Below are positions 1-10,920 of a DNA stretch of 64,000 nucleotides, piece after piece. Position numbers and translations under genes: made by a program. Under the pieces are notes generated by a model. It was not told the origin of the DNA. It did not search any database and saw nothing but the letters and a program-made list of their open reading frames with translations. How positions within the stretch are numbered: the first letter of the stretch is position 1; each line of letters opens with the position of its first letter. This DNA comes from Trichormus sp. ATA11-4-KO1 (GTDB lineage Bacteria > Cyanobacteriota > Cyanobacteriia > Cyanobacteriales > Nostocaceae). The DNA is taken from NCBI GenBank assembly GCA_019358915.1, contig JAHHIM010000005.1:1-64000 (forward strand). Direction: 5' to 3'.

Positions 1-290
1 ATTGGTATGAATTGCAAAGGAACTTATTCACTTTGGTTGTGCGTGATTACATTGTAGAAAATCTTACCAATACTTGTGCTGCTTAATACACATGAATGGA
101 ATTTTTTGTCAATGCGTAACTCCTATATTATTCCATATTTTTAGTCATTGATTTTTACTGGGTAATTTCATTGGGACTAAATGTCTAAAGGTGTTAAATC
201 TAGTTGCTACTACACAGGTTTTCCCAGCAAGCGTTATACTTTGTGGAAAAGAGATTTTTTCATCCTGTTTTTAACATTATCGTCACATCA

Positions 291-1427
291 ATGTCTATAA
301 ACTTTCGCTTTGCCGTAGTTAGCGACTTGCATATCGCGCTTCCTCATACCATTTGGGATCATCCTAGTCGTTTTCATCTGGTGGAAGCTAGTATTCCAGC
401 TTTTGAAAGTGTAATAGAACATTTAACACAACTTAATTTAGATTTCCTCTTGCTTCCAGGAGACTTAACTCAGCATAGCGAACCGGAGAATCATACCTGG
501 TTACAAGAGAGATTAACTCAGCTACCTTTTCCCACCTATGTTATTCCTGGTAATCATGATGTTCCTGTCTTGATGGCAAATCAGCAATCAATTGGTTTTG
601 CTGATTTTCCCCACTATTACCGCAAGTTTGGCTATGAAGATTCTCAGCAACTTTACTATACTCATCAATTGCTGCCTGGAGTCCGGCTAATTGGACTGAA
701 TTCTAATTTTTTTAATGAACAAGGTCAGCAGATCGGACGTTTGGATACCAAACAATTAATCTGGTTGGAAGAAGTCTTAGCAGCTGCCGCAAATGAAGTG
801 GTACTGGTCATGGTGCATCACAATGTGGTTGAGCATCTGCCTCATCAATCGCGCCATCCTATAGGAAATCGCTACATGTTGGAGAATGCCCCCCAACTGT
901 TACAAATTTTACGGTACTACGGAGTCAAGCTAGTATTTACAGGACATTTACACATTCAGGATGTGGCTTGTTCAGAAGGTGTTTATGACATCACCACTGG
1001 TTCTTTAGTTAGTTATCCTCATCCTTATCGGGTTTTAGAGTTTCAACAAGATAACCACGGTAGGCAATGGTTACAAATTTTATCGCATCGCGTAGAATCA
1101 GTACCCGATTTCCCCAACCTGCAAAATTTATCACGGCAGTGGATGGGCGATCGCTCTTTCCCATTTCTAGTTAAGTTACTGACTCAGCACCCCTTAAACC
1201 TCTCAGTAACACAGGCAGAAGAATTAGCACCTAGTCTGCGCGACTTTTGGGCAACTATTGCTGATGGAGATGCTGTGTTAGATTATCCCCATTTTCCCCA
1301 AAAAGTGCGACACCATATTCAAACCTATAGTGCGATCGCCAATGGTGGTATTCCCACCTTCATCGATAACAACAGCACCCTTTTATTAGGGGAAGCAGGG
1401 GAGCAGGGGATAAATAATAATTCCTGA
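291..1427 (+). CDS. Metallophosphoesterase (calcineurin-like)
   Basis: Motifs DLH, GDLT, GNHD, HH, GHLH. Likely start ATG 291; the ORF is open from 204. Confidence 0.85.
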   Translation: MSINFRFAVVSDLHIALPHTIWDHPSRFHLVEASIPAFESVIEHLTQLNLDFLLLPGDLTQHSEPENHTWLQERLTQLPFPTYVIPGNHDVPVLMANQQSIGFADFPHYYRKFGYEDSQQLYYTHQLLPGVRLIGLNSNFFNEQGQQIGRLDTKQLIWLEEVLAAAANEVVLVMVHHNVVEHLPHQSRHPIGNRYMLENAPQLLQILRYYGVKLVFTGHLHIQDVACSEGVYDITTGSLVSYPHPYRVLEFQQDNHGRQWLQILSHRVESVPDFPNLQNLSRQWMGDRSFPFLVKLLTQHPLNLSVTQAEELAPSLRDFWATIADGDAVLDYPHFPQKVRHHIQTYSAIANGGIPTFIDNNSTLLLGEAGEQGINNNS

Positions 1428-1507
1428 CTCAGCACTCAGCACGGGCTATAAGCGCAGCCATTGCCCGCAGGGCTTTACGCCCCGCTACCGCTAACAGCAC
1501 TCAGCAC
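1428..1507. repeat. CTCAGCA heptamer repeat interrupted by GC-rich small dispersed repeat(s)
   Basis: CTCAGCA units flank an ~53 bp GC-rich insert at 1442-1494. Confidence 0.6.
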
Positions 1508-2735
1508 TAATTTGGCGGCAAATCCCAAACACCGAGGTATAACCGTGTACAAAAGTACTGCCACCAACAGGGCCAATTTCTCCACTACAGAAAAAACCAC
1601 CTACGGGGATATCGTGGATGTAACGTCTAAATAACTCCGAATCAAAATTGGGCTTGCCATAAAGCCCTTGGCCACGCCCCACACAGGAAAACATTAAAGC
1701 CGCAGAGGCTGGAGGTTCGGCAATTTGTTGATTTTGATACCGCTCTAGGAGTAATTCCAGGTCTTCGGCGGAGGCTTCGGCATCACGTAGGTGGAATTGT
1801 AGGCGTTGACCAGGACGGACGACATCCCCTACTGCGATCGCGCCTCCAGACGGATCTACTCCCAGGATGCTGCGAATCAAAAAATCTCCTTGCTGTAAAG
1901 AAAGCTTAAATTCATCCATTGCCATGCCCACAAACAGAGAGTGTTGTGCCAGTGTTCGCTCTTGTTCACTGAGACTAGCAATCAAATCTCGCAACACTAC
2001 CAAAGGTACTTTTTCATCTAGTTCCAGGATAATATTGCGTTCGGCTTTTGTGACTTGCATCGGCTGACCGATAGGACGGCATCCTTGAGCCACAATTGTT
2101 TCTAAAACAATATTGCCACTCAAAGCCAAACCGACTGTTCCCTCACGATACAAGCGTTGGTGCAACTCACCAGAGGCATCGTGACAAAACAGGGACATCC
2201 GACCACCCAAACCCCCAGCGCTAGCTTGTCCCCCTATGATCACCGAGCCAGGATACGCAAAATCCAGTCCCTGCAATAAATCATTGATTCTTGAAGAAAA
2301 GGCACTAGATAACAAAATGAACTGAGGCGCTGGAGATGGTTGCACGCCAATCAAATCAATCCAAGCATCTGGTGAACTATCCAAATCAGGTAATTCTTCT
2401 GCCAGAACATGAAAAACTCGCATATTCACCCCTGGCAGATGCGCCAAAGTTAAGCTAAGTGCAGCTTCTGCTTCTAATTCTTGGGTTTCTCCTCCAGCTG
2501 TAGTGCCAATTACACCACCGCCACTACATCCAATCATTACAGGTACTGAAAGTTGTTCAGCCAGCAGGGGTAAAAGCCGAGAATACTCACTCGCAAAAGC
2601 AGACGAAATGAATACCAGCCCTAAATCCGCAGGTACTGTTAACGACGAGACAGCCTGTTCTACCACATCTGTAACAGCTGCTTCCAAAGAAGGTCGGGTT
2701 GATAGGGCATTTGCCCACTGCATTTGGTCTGCCAT
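1491..2735 (-). CDS. FIST N/C domain signal transduction protein
   Basis: GCSGGGVIG, GGQAS, AQGCRPIG, FSCVGRG, GFFCSGEIGP motifs. Likely start ATG 2735. Confidence 0.88.
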   Translation of the reverse strand: MADQMQWANALSTRPSLEAAVTDVVEQAVSSLTVPADLGLVFISSAFASEYSRLLPLLAEQLSVPVMIGCSGGGVIGTTAGGETQELEAEAALSLTLAHLPGVNMRVFHVLAEELPDLDSSPDAWIDLIGVQPSPAPQFILLSSAFSSRINDLLQGLDFAYPGSVIIGGQASAGGLGGRMSLFCHDASGELHQRLYREGTVGLALSGNIVLETIVAQGCRPIGQPMQVTKAERNIILELDEKVPLVVLRDLIASLSEQERTLAQHSLFVGMAMDEFKLSLQQGDFLIRSILGVDPSGGAIAVGDVVRPGQRLQFHLRDAEASAEDLELLLERYQNQQIAEPPASAALMFSCVGRGQGLYGKPNFDSELFRRYIHDIPVGGFFCSGEIGPVGGSTFVHGYTSVFGICRQISAECC

Positions 2736-2917
2736 GAATTTTGGGCTTCTTTGTGTTGTTAGTCCAGTAGTATTTGACTTTTCTACCTGGGCAGGATTGC
2801 ATCTTACAAGAGTTGACACCAGCCAGCAAATTTATCTCTCCTCAATCACCTGTTCATCCCAGGTAGCTAGGGTAACAGACCTGTTATCAGCTAGTCAGTT
2901 ACTTTTGCTTAACTACA

Positions 2918-3021
2918 CTAGTACAGCACGGTGGGAATAGAGATCCCATCCAAAACAGTGCAAAAGTCCAGCATAAAATTTATTTAACCTTTGACTTTTG
3001 ACTTCCGCAAAGCGGCACTAG
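2918..3021. mobile_element. Putative degenerate MITE
   Basis: Imperfect terminal inverted repeats CTAGTACAGC / GCGGCACTAG around non-coding DNA with TTTGACT repeats. Confidence 0.35.
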
Positions 3022-3273
3022 ATTCTGTCATTCCCTACTACATATTCTAAATGTATTGTATGATTATACTCTCGGAGTACTGACTCTACAAAATCTTAAA
3101 AGATAAATATAGATATACTATGTGGGCTATTTACTGTTGTATTAATTATGGATCATCAGACTAAAACGCTAACTTAACAGCTAAGTGGTTAGAATGGTGA
3201 ACGATAGAACAAAAAGATGCCATTCTTGAATTTTTCCTATACTGGTACAACAACAATACAACGAGACTAAACT

Positions 3274-3507
3274 ATGAGCGACATCCAAGAAAAAATCCAC
3301 GAAACAATTGAAGCAGAAGTAGAACAAGCTCGTGCAGTCTGTGATGCTTCCGGTAGCAACTCTGCTGAGTGTGCGGCGGCTTGGGATGCAGTCGAAGAAC
3401 TGCAAGCTGAAGCCTCCCACCAGCGCTATAAGAAGTCAAAAAATTCTTTAGAACAATACTGTGATGATAACCCAGAAGCAGCAGAGTGCCGGGTTTATGA
3501 AGACTAG
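3274..3507 (+). CDS. cp12: Calvin cycle regulatory protein CP12
   Basis: N-terminal Cys pair, AWDAVEEL core, C-terminal YCDDNPEAAECRVYED. Confidence 0.95.
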   Translation: MSDIQEKIHETIEAEVEQARAVCDASGSNSAECAAAWDAVEELQAEASHQRYKKSKNSLEQYCDDNPEAAECRVYED

Positions 3508-4025
3508 AACGTAAGTAGGTGAATTTCTTTTCGCCTCATGGGCAAGCAACTAGAATCCACTTACTGATATCTTGCACCTTGGCGCTACTCCCGAATAAAA
3601 TCTCAATCCACCCATTTTGAACATCTTCTCTCTACTGACATAGATTAAGCTGATGATTCTCAGTTTAGGTGGGGTTGGGAGGTTCTAATTGAGGATCTAT
3701 GATCCTTAAAGATGAACCCCCAGCAATGAAAAAATGGGTTTTATTGGGGCATACTAGCTCATAACTGCAAAGTGATTTTTGTCACTCTCCCGCAGGTAGC
3801 CACAGACTAATGCAAGATATTTATCATGTAGGTGCTGCAAGTTGCTTGTTTTTTTTTAGATACAAATAAACCAAGTCAAAGATAAAGTTATGAAGAATTC
3901 TATCAACGGATAAGAACTTCATGCTTTATTCTAAATCTCTTACAAAGATTGAGATTCAGGCATCCGTACTCTGTAAAATATCTGTTTTTGATTCAAATTT
4001 ATTATTGATAATCTAAAAAAAAATT

Positions 4026-4619
4026 ATGAATGACGTTTGGTTTCGTCAGTTTGTCTGGATTGACTACCGACTAGCAGTATTATTTATGGTAATTATCCCT
4101 CTGATTCTGCTAATCTGGGCGTTTGTACAAAAAGTAGAAGGGATGCAACGCCTATTAACCATTTACTGGCGAGTATCCAGTTTACTGGCAATCACAATTT
4201 ACTTGATGATTGCTCAGTATCCAGTTAGCTTTATCTCTGGGTTGATAGGGCTGATCTTGGTGCCGATTTCGCTATGGTTCTGGGTGGATCTCAATGATGA
4301 GATTGAGTATCAACCAAGTAGCCCTTTAAAGCTGATTTTTAACTCTTGGCGCTGGGCTATAACTGTCTACTGTGTTTTGGGTACAATTGCCTTTATACCG
4401 TTTGTGAGTTGTGCTTTGTCCCCAAACGCCATCAAAACCCCCTATTGTCAAGTTTGGTTTGAAGCCCCCTTGCTCTTCAAAGAATATTTCCATTACAATA
4501 GCAGACCTGGTTTCCTGGGTTTTCTTGGCATCATCGGCTTAGTTATTTATGTGCTTTACTTGAGCTATTTTGTCCTTGTCAAGCTGGGTAAGCAAGGACG
4601 CTCAGCTATACAACAGTAA
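4026..4619 (+). CDS. DUF3177-family membrane protein
   Basis: VWIDYRLAVLF and YWRVSSLLAIT; multiple TM segments; conserved cyanobacterial family. Confidence 0.75.
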   Translation: MNDVWFRQFVWIDYRLAVLFMVIIPLILLIWAFVQKVEGMQRLLTIYWRVSSLLAITIYLMIAQYPVSFISGLIGLILVPISLWFWVDLNDEIEYQPSSPLKLIFNSWRWAITVYCVLGTIAFIPFVSCALSPNAIKTPYCQVWFEAPLLFKEYFHYNSRPGFLGFLGIIGLVIYVLYLSYFVLVKLGKQGRSAIQQ

Positions 4620-4646
4620 CCAACCTTTATGGTTAACTTCCCGTTA

Positions 4647-4946
4647 ATGAAGAATTCCATTGGTAACCGACTGGAACAATACACTGTTAAACGCCCGCAA
4701 GAAGTCTTACTGGTAACAGTAGAAATAGCTGATGAACAAGACAAAGTTGCCATTTTTAAAGGCTTTTCTAGTTCTTTAATGCGCCCGACTGCATTTGATC
4801 CCGATGTGCAAGTCATCCCAGATGAAGCGACAATTCTGAGTATTGACCGCATAGCAAGTCCTTACAATCCTGAAGCCCCCCGTTATATCCAAAGAGGAAT
4901 CTCTTGGGAAGCCATGCAAGTTTTACTCTCAGAAGTAGGCGTTTAA
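4647..4946 (+). CDS. Conserved cyanobacterial/plastid hypothetical protein
   Basis: IFKGFSSSLMRPTAFDPD motif. ORF open from 4629. Confidence 0.7.
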   Translation: MKNSIGNRLEQYTVKRPQEVLLVTVEIADEQDKVAIFKGFSSSLMRPTAFDPDVQVIPDEATILSIDRIASPYNPEAPRYIQRGISWEAMQVLLSEVGV

Positions 4947-5108
4947 TGGGGGACTGGGGAGCAGGGGGGGAGAAGAATCTGATAGTCATATTGGATGCTG
5001 GATAGTGGTAATTTAATTTTTGGAGTTACCTAAATATAAGTTTTTTCTCCTCCGCTCCTCCGCCTTTTTTCCCAATGCCCAACGCCCAATGCCCACTCCC
5101 TCTAAATA

Positions 5109-6224
5109 ATGTCTCGCTCTGGATACACTCTTCCCGTCTTCGCCTGTGCTTCTGCACTTGCTGCTCTACACTGGTTACGCCATCGTCAACCCCTAACAGT
5201 GATGTCGGTGGATTTGATTGAACCAGCGCAAATCGCAGAAATACCCATAGAGCAGGTAGCAGGACTATCTGAAAATTCGGCTTTGGCAATTACCCGCAGC
5301 GAACCAGGTGATAATCTCGACCTCACTAGAGATACACCAATTTGGGCACTCGTGGAATGGCGAGAGGGCGATGGGGAGACAGTTATTATTCGAGGTGGGG
5401 AAGGTATTGGCAAACAGTTAAATGCTAGTAATCAGCCGGCAATTTATGCTTATGCCCACAGGCTGTTACAAGAGAACTTATGCCAGATGCTAGCACCGAG
5501 AGAAAAAATCACAGTAACTATCATCCTACCAGAAGGGCGATCGCTGGCTGTCCGTACCTCTAATGCTGCTTTTGGTGTTGTCGAAGGACTTTCTCTGTTA
5601 GGGACAACTGGTATTGCTCAACCTTTAAGTACACCCGATCAGTTAACTGCTTTTCGTACCGAATTGCAACTCAAAGCCAGTCAGTTTGCAAGTTTAGTAT
5701 TCTGTATTGGCGAGAACGGCCTAGATTTAGCCCGAAAACTCGGTATTAATCCCGAACAATTGGTAAAAACAGCTAACTGGTTAGGGCCAATGTTAGTAGA
5801 AGCCGACGTATTAGGTGTTAAAGAAATCTTATTGTTTGGCTATCACGGTAAATTGATGAAATTAGCCGGGGGGATTTTTCATACTCATCACCATTTGGCT
5901 GATGGACGCCGGGAGGTTTTGACAACGCATTGTGCTTTAGCTGGTTTACAGTCACCGCATATCCCAGCAGTGTTTAATAGTCCTACAGCTGAAGCTGCAT
6001 TAACATACCTAAGATCGCTAGATGCTGCAACTGGGAGTAATTGGGTTAATCAAGTTTATACTGCGATTGCGCAAACTATCGATACTCGTTCCCAAGAATA
6101 TATTCAAAGCCATAGTACAAGAGGCACAGCAGCAACAGTGTGTGGCTCAATTCTCTTTGACCGCGATCGCCAAATTATCGTGAAGAGCAAAACTGGTTGC
6201 ATCTTCAGCGAAAAATTGTGTTAA
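5109..6224 (+). CDS. cbiD: Cobalt-precorrin-5B C1-methyltransferase
   Basis: RSGYTLPVFACA, GGEGIG, RTSNAAFGVVEGLSLLGTTG, GKLMKLAGGIFHTH. Confidence 0.93.
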   Translation: MSRSGYTLPVFACASALAALHWLRHRQPLTVMSVDLIEPAQIAEIPIEQVAGLSENSALAITRSEPGDNLDLTRDTPIWALVEWREGDGETVIIRGGEGIGKQLNASNQPAIYAYAHRLLQENLCQMLAPREKITVTIILPEGRSLAVRTSNAAFGVVEGLSLLGTTGIAQPLSTPDQLTAFRTELQLKASQFASLVFCIGENGLDLARKLGINPEQLVKTANWLGPMLVEADVLGVKEILLFGYHGKLMKLAGGIFHTHHHLADGRREVLTTHCALAGLQSPHIPAVFNSPTAEAALTYLRSLDAATGSNWVNQVYTAIAQTIDTRSQEYIQSHSTRGTAATVCGSILFDRDRQIIVKSKTGCIFSEKLC

Positions 6225-6453
6225 TTTATTATGAATAATCATAAATAATCCAAATCAATATCTTTTTCAGTAACCACTCTACGATCAGTTATTTTTTTAA
6301 TACAATGCTAGAGCTATTGGCTAGCAAACGCGTTCTACCTCGCGTTTGTCGGGGAAGCTATTAACCATTTACCAACCTCATTGGGCAATAAGTGGTGTGC
6401 AGTTAGACCACAGAGCAACTATCTACCTTACATTTACAACTCCCTCCCCCATC

Positions 6454-8073
6454 ATGAATACAGCGGTGACTCTACTAACCGAACAAGCGCCTCAAGTTGA
6501 AAATTTGGGGCGCCTAGATCGTCAAATGATTGTGATTCTAGACTTCGGTTCTCAATACTCCGAATTAATTGCCCGTCGCATCCGCGAGACTCAAGTATAC
6601 TCCGAAGTTCTCTCTTATCGCACTACATCTGAACATTTACGCCAACTAAATCCTAAGGGGATCATTCTCTCTGGTGGCCCCAATTCAGTTTATGGTGATA
6701 GCGCTCCCCATTGTGACCCAGAAATTTGGAATTTAGGCATTCCCATTTTGGGTGTGTGCTATGGAATGCAGTTAATGGTCAGCCAACTGAATGGGGAAGT
6801 GACAAAAGCCGACCGAGGTGAATACGGTAAGGCATCATTATATATAGATGACCCGACAGACTTGCTAACTAATGTCGAAGATGGCACCACCATGTGGATG
6901 AGTCACGGAGATTCAGTCACGAAAATGCCACCGGGGTTTGAAGTATTGGCACACACAGACAACACCCCCTGTGCTGCTATTGCCGACCACGAAAAGAAAC
7001 TGTATGGTGTGCAGTTCCATCCCGAAGTAGTTCATTCCATTGGTGGTCTGCCATTAATTCGTAACTTTGTTTATCATATCTGCAATTGCGAACCTACTTG
7101 GACAACAGCAGCTTTTGTAGAAGAAGCAATTCGAGAAATTCGGGCTAGAGTCGGAGAAAAGCGAGTACTTTTGGCGTTATCTGGAGGAGTGGATTCTTCT
7201 ACCTTGGCTTTCTTGCTGCATAAAGCTATCGGGGATCAGTTGACTTGTGTATTTATCGACCAAGGCTTTATGCGTAAATTAGAGCCAGAAAGATTACTGA
7301 AACTATTTCAAGAACAGTTTCACATTCCTGTCGAATATGTCAATGCCCGCGATCGCTTCTTGACTATGATTGACGGTATTACAGATCCCGAAGAAAAACG
7401 CCGTCGTATTGGACATGAATTTATTCGGGTATTTGAAGAAACATCCAAACGTCTTGGTCACTTTGATTATTTAGCACAAGGTACTTTGTATCCAGATGTT
7501 ATCGAGTCTGCTGATACTAACGTAGACCCCCAAACTGGTGAACGGGTAGCCGTAAAAATTAAGAGTCATCATAACGTTGGTGGCTTACCTAAAGACCTGC
7601 GGTTTAAATTAGTCGAACCATTACGGAAACTATTTAAAGATGAAGTCCGTAAAGTAGGGCGTTCCATTGGTTTACCAGAAGAAATTGTCCAACGCCAACC
7701 CTTCCCCGGACCTGGTTTAGCAATTCGTATCTTAGGTGAAGTCACCGCCGAAAGGTTAAATATTTTACGTGATGCTGATTTGATTGTTCGCCAAGAAATT
7801 AACAAACGTGGTTTATATCACGAAGTTTGGCAAGCATTTGCTGTATTACTACCAATTCGTAGTGTTGGTGTCATGGGTGATCAACGTACCTATGCTTACC
7901 CAATTGTTTTGCGGATTGTCACCAGTGAAGATGGCATGACAGCTGATTGGGCGCGGATACCTTACGATATATTGGAAGAAATTTCTAACCGCATTGTTAA
8001 TGAAGTGAAAGGTGTTAACCGCGTGGTTTACGATATTACCTCCAAGCCACCTGGAACCATCGAATGGGAATAA
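6454..8073 (+). CDS. guaA: GMP synthase (glutamine-hydrolysing)
   Basis: [38 protein letters not shown]. Likely start ATG 6454. Confidence 0.97.
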   Translation: MNTAVTLLTEQAPQVENLGRLDRQMIVILDFGSQYSELIARRIRETQVYSEVLSYRTTSEHLRQLNPKGIILSGGPNSVYGDSAPHCDPEIWNLGIPILGVCYGMQLMVSQLNGEVTKADRGEYGKASLYIDDPTDLLTNVEDGTTMWMSHGDSVTKMPPGFEVLAHTDNTPCAAIADHEKKLYGVQFHPEVVHSIGGLPLIRNFVYHICNCEPTWTTAAFVEEAIREIRARVGEKRVLLALSGGVDSSTLAFLLHKAIGDQLTCVFIDQGFMRKLEPERLLKLFQEQFHIPVEYVNARDRFLTMIDGITDPEEKRRRIGHEFIRVFEETSKRLGHFDYLAQGTLYPDVIESADTNVDPQTGERVAVKIKSHHNVGGLPKDLRFKLVEPLRKLFKDEVRKVGRSIGLPEEIVQRQPFPGPGLAIRILGEVTAERLNILRDADLIVRQEINKRGLYHEVWQAFAVLLPIRSVGVMGDQRTYAYPIVLRIVTSEDGMTADWARIPYDILEEISNRIVNEVKGVNRVVYDITSKPPGTIEWE

Positions 8074-8254
8074 TCTGATTCGCGAAAATTTAATTTAATC
8101 AACCACAGATGAACACAGTTAAATACAGATAAAAATTATTTCTTCTCTGTGTCCTCCGTGTCTCTGTGGTTCTTTATTTCTTAAGCTAGCAAAACCGAAA
8201 TTTAACCGAAATTACTGATAATAACCCATGGGGATGAATTGATCTCACGCAGAG

Positions 8255-8299
8255 GAGCCACTGCGTTGGGCGGGTTCCCCGACTTGTAGCAAGTGGCGT
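8255..8299 (-). repeat. 45-bp small dispersed repeat (ACGCCACTTGC...GCAGTGGCTC family)
   Basis: Reverse complement closely matches 21858-21902 and resembles 48939-48982. Confidence 0.75.
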
Positions 8300-8331
8300 C
8301 GCTCAGAGACTCAGAGAGTAAGAGTAGGGAG

Positions 8332-8793
8332 TTATTCGGGTAAGAAGTCTTGATGCAAACATTCATCGGTAGTGAAGAGAGATTCTACCGGAAAGGTATC
8401 AAGTGATAATCCGGTTTCATCACTGGCTAGATTTCTAGCATCTTGATAGCACTCTAGAAAAACTTCCTGAAAATACGGTTTCAAACTAGGACTATCTTTA
8501 AAAATTCTTTTTAATCTACGGCGATGTTCTCTAATTGTTGATTTCCAACTATTAGTGCGTTTCTCTGGTTGATATTTATATTTCAGCAAGTACATTAATA
8601 AAACAACTAAATTGCTTTCTAATGCTCTTTTTTCAGTTCTCCCCATGGATTCAATTTCTTCAATGAGATTGGCTAAATCAACTTCTGCCAATTCTCCTGC
8701 TTTTAGTTGTTCAGCCGTCGTCTCTAGCCAGAGATAAAAATCTTGGTCGTAAAGTTGGGAGCTTGTCGAGACTTTTGGTTGAGGTGCTGTCAT
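8332..8793 (-). CDS. DUF29 family protein
   Basis: LYDQDFYLW, DLANLIEEIESMG, SPSLKPY. Confidence 0.9.
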   Translation of the reverse strand: MTAPQPKVSTSSQLYDQDFYLWLETTAEQLKAGELAEVDLANLIEEIESMGRTEKRALESNLVVLLMYLLKYKYQPEKRTNSWKSTIREHRRRLKRIFKDSPSLKPYFQEVFLECYQDARNLASDETGLSLDTFPVESLFTTDECLHQDFLPE

Positions 8794-8887
8794 TTAATTT
8801 TTTCAACCTGCCAAATTTAACCAAGGAATAGTAGTACTTTAGCAATTCTAGGAATAACTTTATTATCAGTCAGATTACTAGTCTCCC

Positions 8888-9676
8888 TCAAGCTCCCATT
8901 CCCGAATACCGTTTCAATCCTGCACGCCACAGCAAACGATTTGCACCCAAAAATAATAAGATCCAACCTATTATTGATAAAAATCCCCGCCCTATGTCCA
9001 CAGGTAGCCCTACCAAAAGACTCGCAGGGAAATCAATCAAATAAGGAAAAGGTGTAAACATGACAATTGTGCGCACAGACTCAGGAAATACATTTAAAGG
9101 CGCAATTAACCCAGATAAAAACAAATAAAATAACAGCCAGAAATTTTCTAAAGCGCTAGCGCGTTCCGTCCAAAAAGCGAACATGGCAAAGGTGTATTGA
9201 ATTATAAACCGCAAAATAAAAGCCAACACCACTGCTAACCCAAACAGTATGAATTGCCCCAAACTGGGTAACCAAAGAGCCTGGGGATAAAGTAAGAAAA
9301 ACAATCCAATTAGTAGAAATGCAAACGGTATGCGAGCAACTCTTTCCGACAGATGAGACGCTACATGATGCCACACCGGATCTAACGGTTGTAACAACCT
9401 AGGCGAAAGTTTACCCTCGACTACTTCCCTTTCAAATTCCCAAACTACCCAAACAACTGTGATTTGCCTAACAACGAAAACCGTGAGAAAATAACGGGCA
9501 AAATCCACAGGAGTTAAACCAAACTGCCCATCTTGCGATGCTTGTATCCAAACACCCATCAAGATAATCGGTAAAGACCCAGCCAAAACCCATAAAATTA
9601 ATTCTGCCCGATACTCCACCATGTAGGCATAATAAACAGACAGAAACGTCAAAATTTTCCTAATAGTTTTCTTCAT
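8888..9676 (-). CDS. ABC-2 type permease (DUF990 family)
   Basis: Six TM segments, GKLSPRLLQP, LSGLIAPL, YSGMG; downstream of an ABC ATPase. Confidence 0.85.
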   Translation of the reverse strand: MKKTIRKILTFLSVYYAYMVEYRAELILWVLAGSLPIILMGVWIQASQDGQFGLTPVDFARYFLTVFVVRQITVVWVVWEFEREVVEGKLSPRLLQPLDPVWHHVASHLSERVARIPFAFLLIGLFFLLYPQALWLPSLGQFILFGLAVVLAFILRFIIQYTFAMFAFWTERASALENFWLLFYLFLSGLIAPLNVFPESVRTIVMFTPFPYLIDFPASLLVGLPVDIGRGFLSIIGWILLFLGANRLLWRAGLKRYSGMGA

Positions 9677-9678
9677 TG

Positions 9679-9742
9679 AAATTACGAATTACGAATTACG
9701 AATTACGTTAGCGAAGCTCCTCTGAAAGAGGCATTACGAATT
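9679..9742. repeat. AATTACG STRR array carrying a 26-bp insert
   Basis: Insert 9708-9733 is the exact reverse complement of 16064-16089. Confidence 0.8.
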
Positions 9743-10721
9743 AAACCACTCCCGCCTGAAAAACTCTGCCAATCACTTCTTCCACAGGCGGCTCAGTTAC
9801 TGTTAAATCGATTATTTCCAACTCTGCCAACATTTTAGATACTGTACGTGTAAGTGCCTCTCGCGGTACCATAAAACTCACTGCACGCCCTTCCAATAGT
9901 TGGACATCACCATAAGACATGAGTTTTTCTCTTGGTAACGGCTCGGCTAACTCTACATGAATTTCTCGGTAAGGAGCGAAACGTTCCAGTAATCCATCCA
10001 AGCTACCATCATACATCAGCTTGCCTTGGTGAATTAACAGCACTCGCTCACACAAAGCGGTGATATCAGCCATGTAATGGCTAGTTAATAACACGGTAGC
10101 TTGATAACGCCGATTATACTCACGCAAAAAGTCACGCACTGCCACCTGAGCATTTACATCTAGTCCTAGGGTTGGTTCATCGAGAAATAATACATGAGGG
10201 CGGTGCAAAAGTGCTGCTAACAGTTCTGCTTTCATTCGCTCACCTAAAGACAACTTCCGCACTGGTTGAGTAAGTTTACCTTCCAAAGTCAACATCTCTG
10301 TTAATTCCCCTACTCGCTTTTGAAATTCTTTATCAGAGATGTTATAAACAGCAGCGTTGATTTTCAAAGAATCGAGTGCTGGTAAGTCCCAAAGTAACTG
10401 CTGTTTTTGCCCCATTACCAAGGTAATTTTTTGCAAAAATGCCTCTTGGCGAAGAAATGGCACGTGTCCAGCCACTCTGACAGTACCGCCAGAAGGATGA
10501 ATCAACCCTGTAAGCATTTTGAGTGTGGTAGTTTTACCTGCACCATTTGGCCCTAAAAAACCCACCACTTCACCAGGCGCAATTTCAAAGGAAACTTCTT
10601 GAACTGCTTTAATTGAACGATAGGTGCGGCGGAAAAAGTGGTTGAGTGTTCCCCTGATCCCCGGTTCTTTAACAGCTACCGGATAAAACTTACTCAGATT
10701 TTCTACAGTAATGATTGACAT
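9741..10721 (-). CDS. ABC transporter ATP-binding protein
   Basis: Walker A GPNGAGKT, signature LSLGE, Walker B LFLDEPT. Confidence 0.92.
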   Translation of the reverse strand: MSIITVENLSKFYPVAVKEPGIRGTLNHFFRRTYRSIKAVQEVSFEIAPGEVVGFLGPNGAGKTTTLKMLTGLIHPSGGTVRVAGHVPFLRQEAFLQKITLVMGQKQQLLWDLPALDSLKINAAVYNISDKEFQKRVGELTEMLTLEGKLTQPVRKLSLGERMKAELLAALLHRPHVLFLDEPTLGLDVNAQVAVRDFLREYNRRYQATVLLTSHYMADITALCERVLLIHQGKLMYDGSLDGLLERFAPYREIHVELAEPLPREKLMSYGDVQLLEGRAVSFMVPREALTRTVSKMLAELEIIDLTVTEPPVEEVIGRVFQAGVV

Positions 10722-10920
10722 AAATTTGATATTTTAACCACAGAAAAACACAGATGCACACTGATAATTTCTCTGAGTTCATCTGTAGTTCTAAATATTA
10801 AGATATTAGATTTTTGGCGTTGTTGATTGAAAATATGAATGTGTCTCACACATAGATGCAAAAGCGCAAAGAAAAGGAAAGGTAATTTTGGCATTTTCCC
10901 CTACTCCCTACTCCCCACTC

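Noticed and set aside
4947..5108. Cobalamin riboswitch before cbiD
   Set aside because: No B12-box seen; the region is STRR-rich.
6324..6349. Hairpin upstream of guaA as a purine riboswitch
   Set aside because: A single stem only, with no three-way junction consensus.
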